A DNA stretch of 64,000 nt from Camelus dromedarius (taxonomy: Eukaryota): positions 48,672,001 through 48,736,000 of the forward strand of contig NC_087437.1 of the NCBI RefSeq assembly GCF_036321535.1, written 5' to 3'. Shown one piece after another: positions 63,418 through 64,000 of this stretch. Numbering within the stretch: the first letter of the stretch is position 1; every line of letters starts with the position of its first letter. Below the pieces are notes generated by a model. The model saw only the letters and a program-made list of their open reading frames with translations. It was not told the origin of the DNA and searched no databases. The position numbers and the translations under genes were made by a program.

Positions 63418-63710
63418 GTAGTTTCCCAATAGGTTTCCACAGAACATATAGTCCCATGAAATGCTCTATGAAATAAATACACTAAAGATTCTGCAGCCAT
63501 ATAAACTTAGGAAATAGTGCAATTATAGCTCCCTCCTGGAGATTCACAATGCGCAGTAGTAACTTAAAGGTTCAGAGTAGTCACGTGGGAAAGAACATGG
63601 TTTAATTTTTTTAACTCAGTATTATCCAAGTTTATTTGACCAAAGAACATCTTTTTTTTTTTTTTTTCATAAACACTCTTAGCATCAGGCTAGTGTTCAA
63701 AGAGTATACT
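63418..63710 (+). mobile_element. MER103C-like hAT element
   Basis: gtttcccaataggtttccacagaacat...ccctcctggagattcacaatgcgc...aagtttatttgacca. Confidence 0.75.
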
Positions 63711-63828
63711 TTAGCATCCTGACTTAGAGGTTCATAAGCTAGCAGGTTTACCATTTTGATATATGAGTTATTTTTCTTTAAATGTGTGTGTATATAGGTG
63801 TTTGCAAATTTACAGAAATAAATCAAGA

Positions 63829-64000
63829 CCAGTAGTTCTCAACCATAGGTGATCTTGCCTCCTGGGGACATTTGGCGAATGTCTGGAGACATTTTTGGTT
63901 GTTACAATTTGGAGTCGTTATTAGCATTCTTGGTAAAGGCCACGGATGACACTAACCCACCCACAAGGGACAGGATGGCCTACAGTGAAGAATTATCTGG
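63829..64000 (+). mobile_element. MER20 hAT element, truncated by the window end
   Basis: cagtagttctcaacc...ggggacatttggcgaatgtctggagacatttttggttgttacaa...gaagaattatctgg. Confidence 0.9.

Noticed and set aside
1..64000. ORF-track ORFs (60-176 aa) as protein-coding genes
   Set aside because: They are short, compositionally typical of non-coding DNA and often start at non-ATG codons. Many lie in repeats; the longest (39466-39996) spans MIRs. Only the L1 ORF2 fragments are recognisable.
1..64000. CRISPR array, operon or prokaryotic defence system
   Set aside because: The sequence is clearly mammalian, with no regularly spaced repeats or gene-dense regions.
1..64000. Naming a host or neighbouring gene
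   Set aside because: No known exon or miRNA was recognised. This needs a BLAT search of the CNE-like blocks.

Overview
AT-rich, CpG-depleted mammalian DNA, intronic or intergenic. Two tRNA-Ala-derived SINEs resemble the camelid vic-1 family, so the source is probably a camel, llama or alpaca (inference). No Alu, B1, Bov-A or PRE-type SINEs were seen. I found no recognisable host protein-coding exon. The only protein-like translations are dead L1 ORF2 and hAT transposase fragments. Much of the window is transposon fossils: MIR, L2, CR1/L3, old L1M, younger L1 3' ends, MaLR/ERV LTRs and hAT/Tigger DNA elements. Family calls come from remembered consensus sequences and their boundaries are approximate. 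The most interesting parts are repeat-free blocks rich in developmental TF motifs that look like conserved enhancers (best at about 45.5-46.1 kb), two same-strand CTCF motifs (one inside an ERVL LTR), scattered splice signals with a possible 38-aa smORF, and insertions with visible target-site duplications. Nothing in the sequence alone establishes a new biological system.
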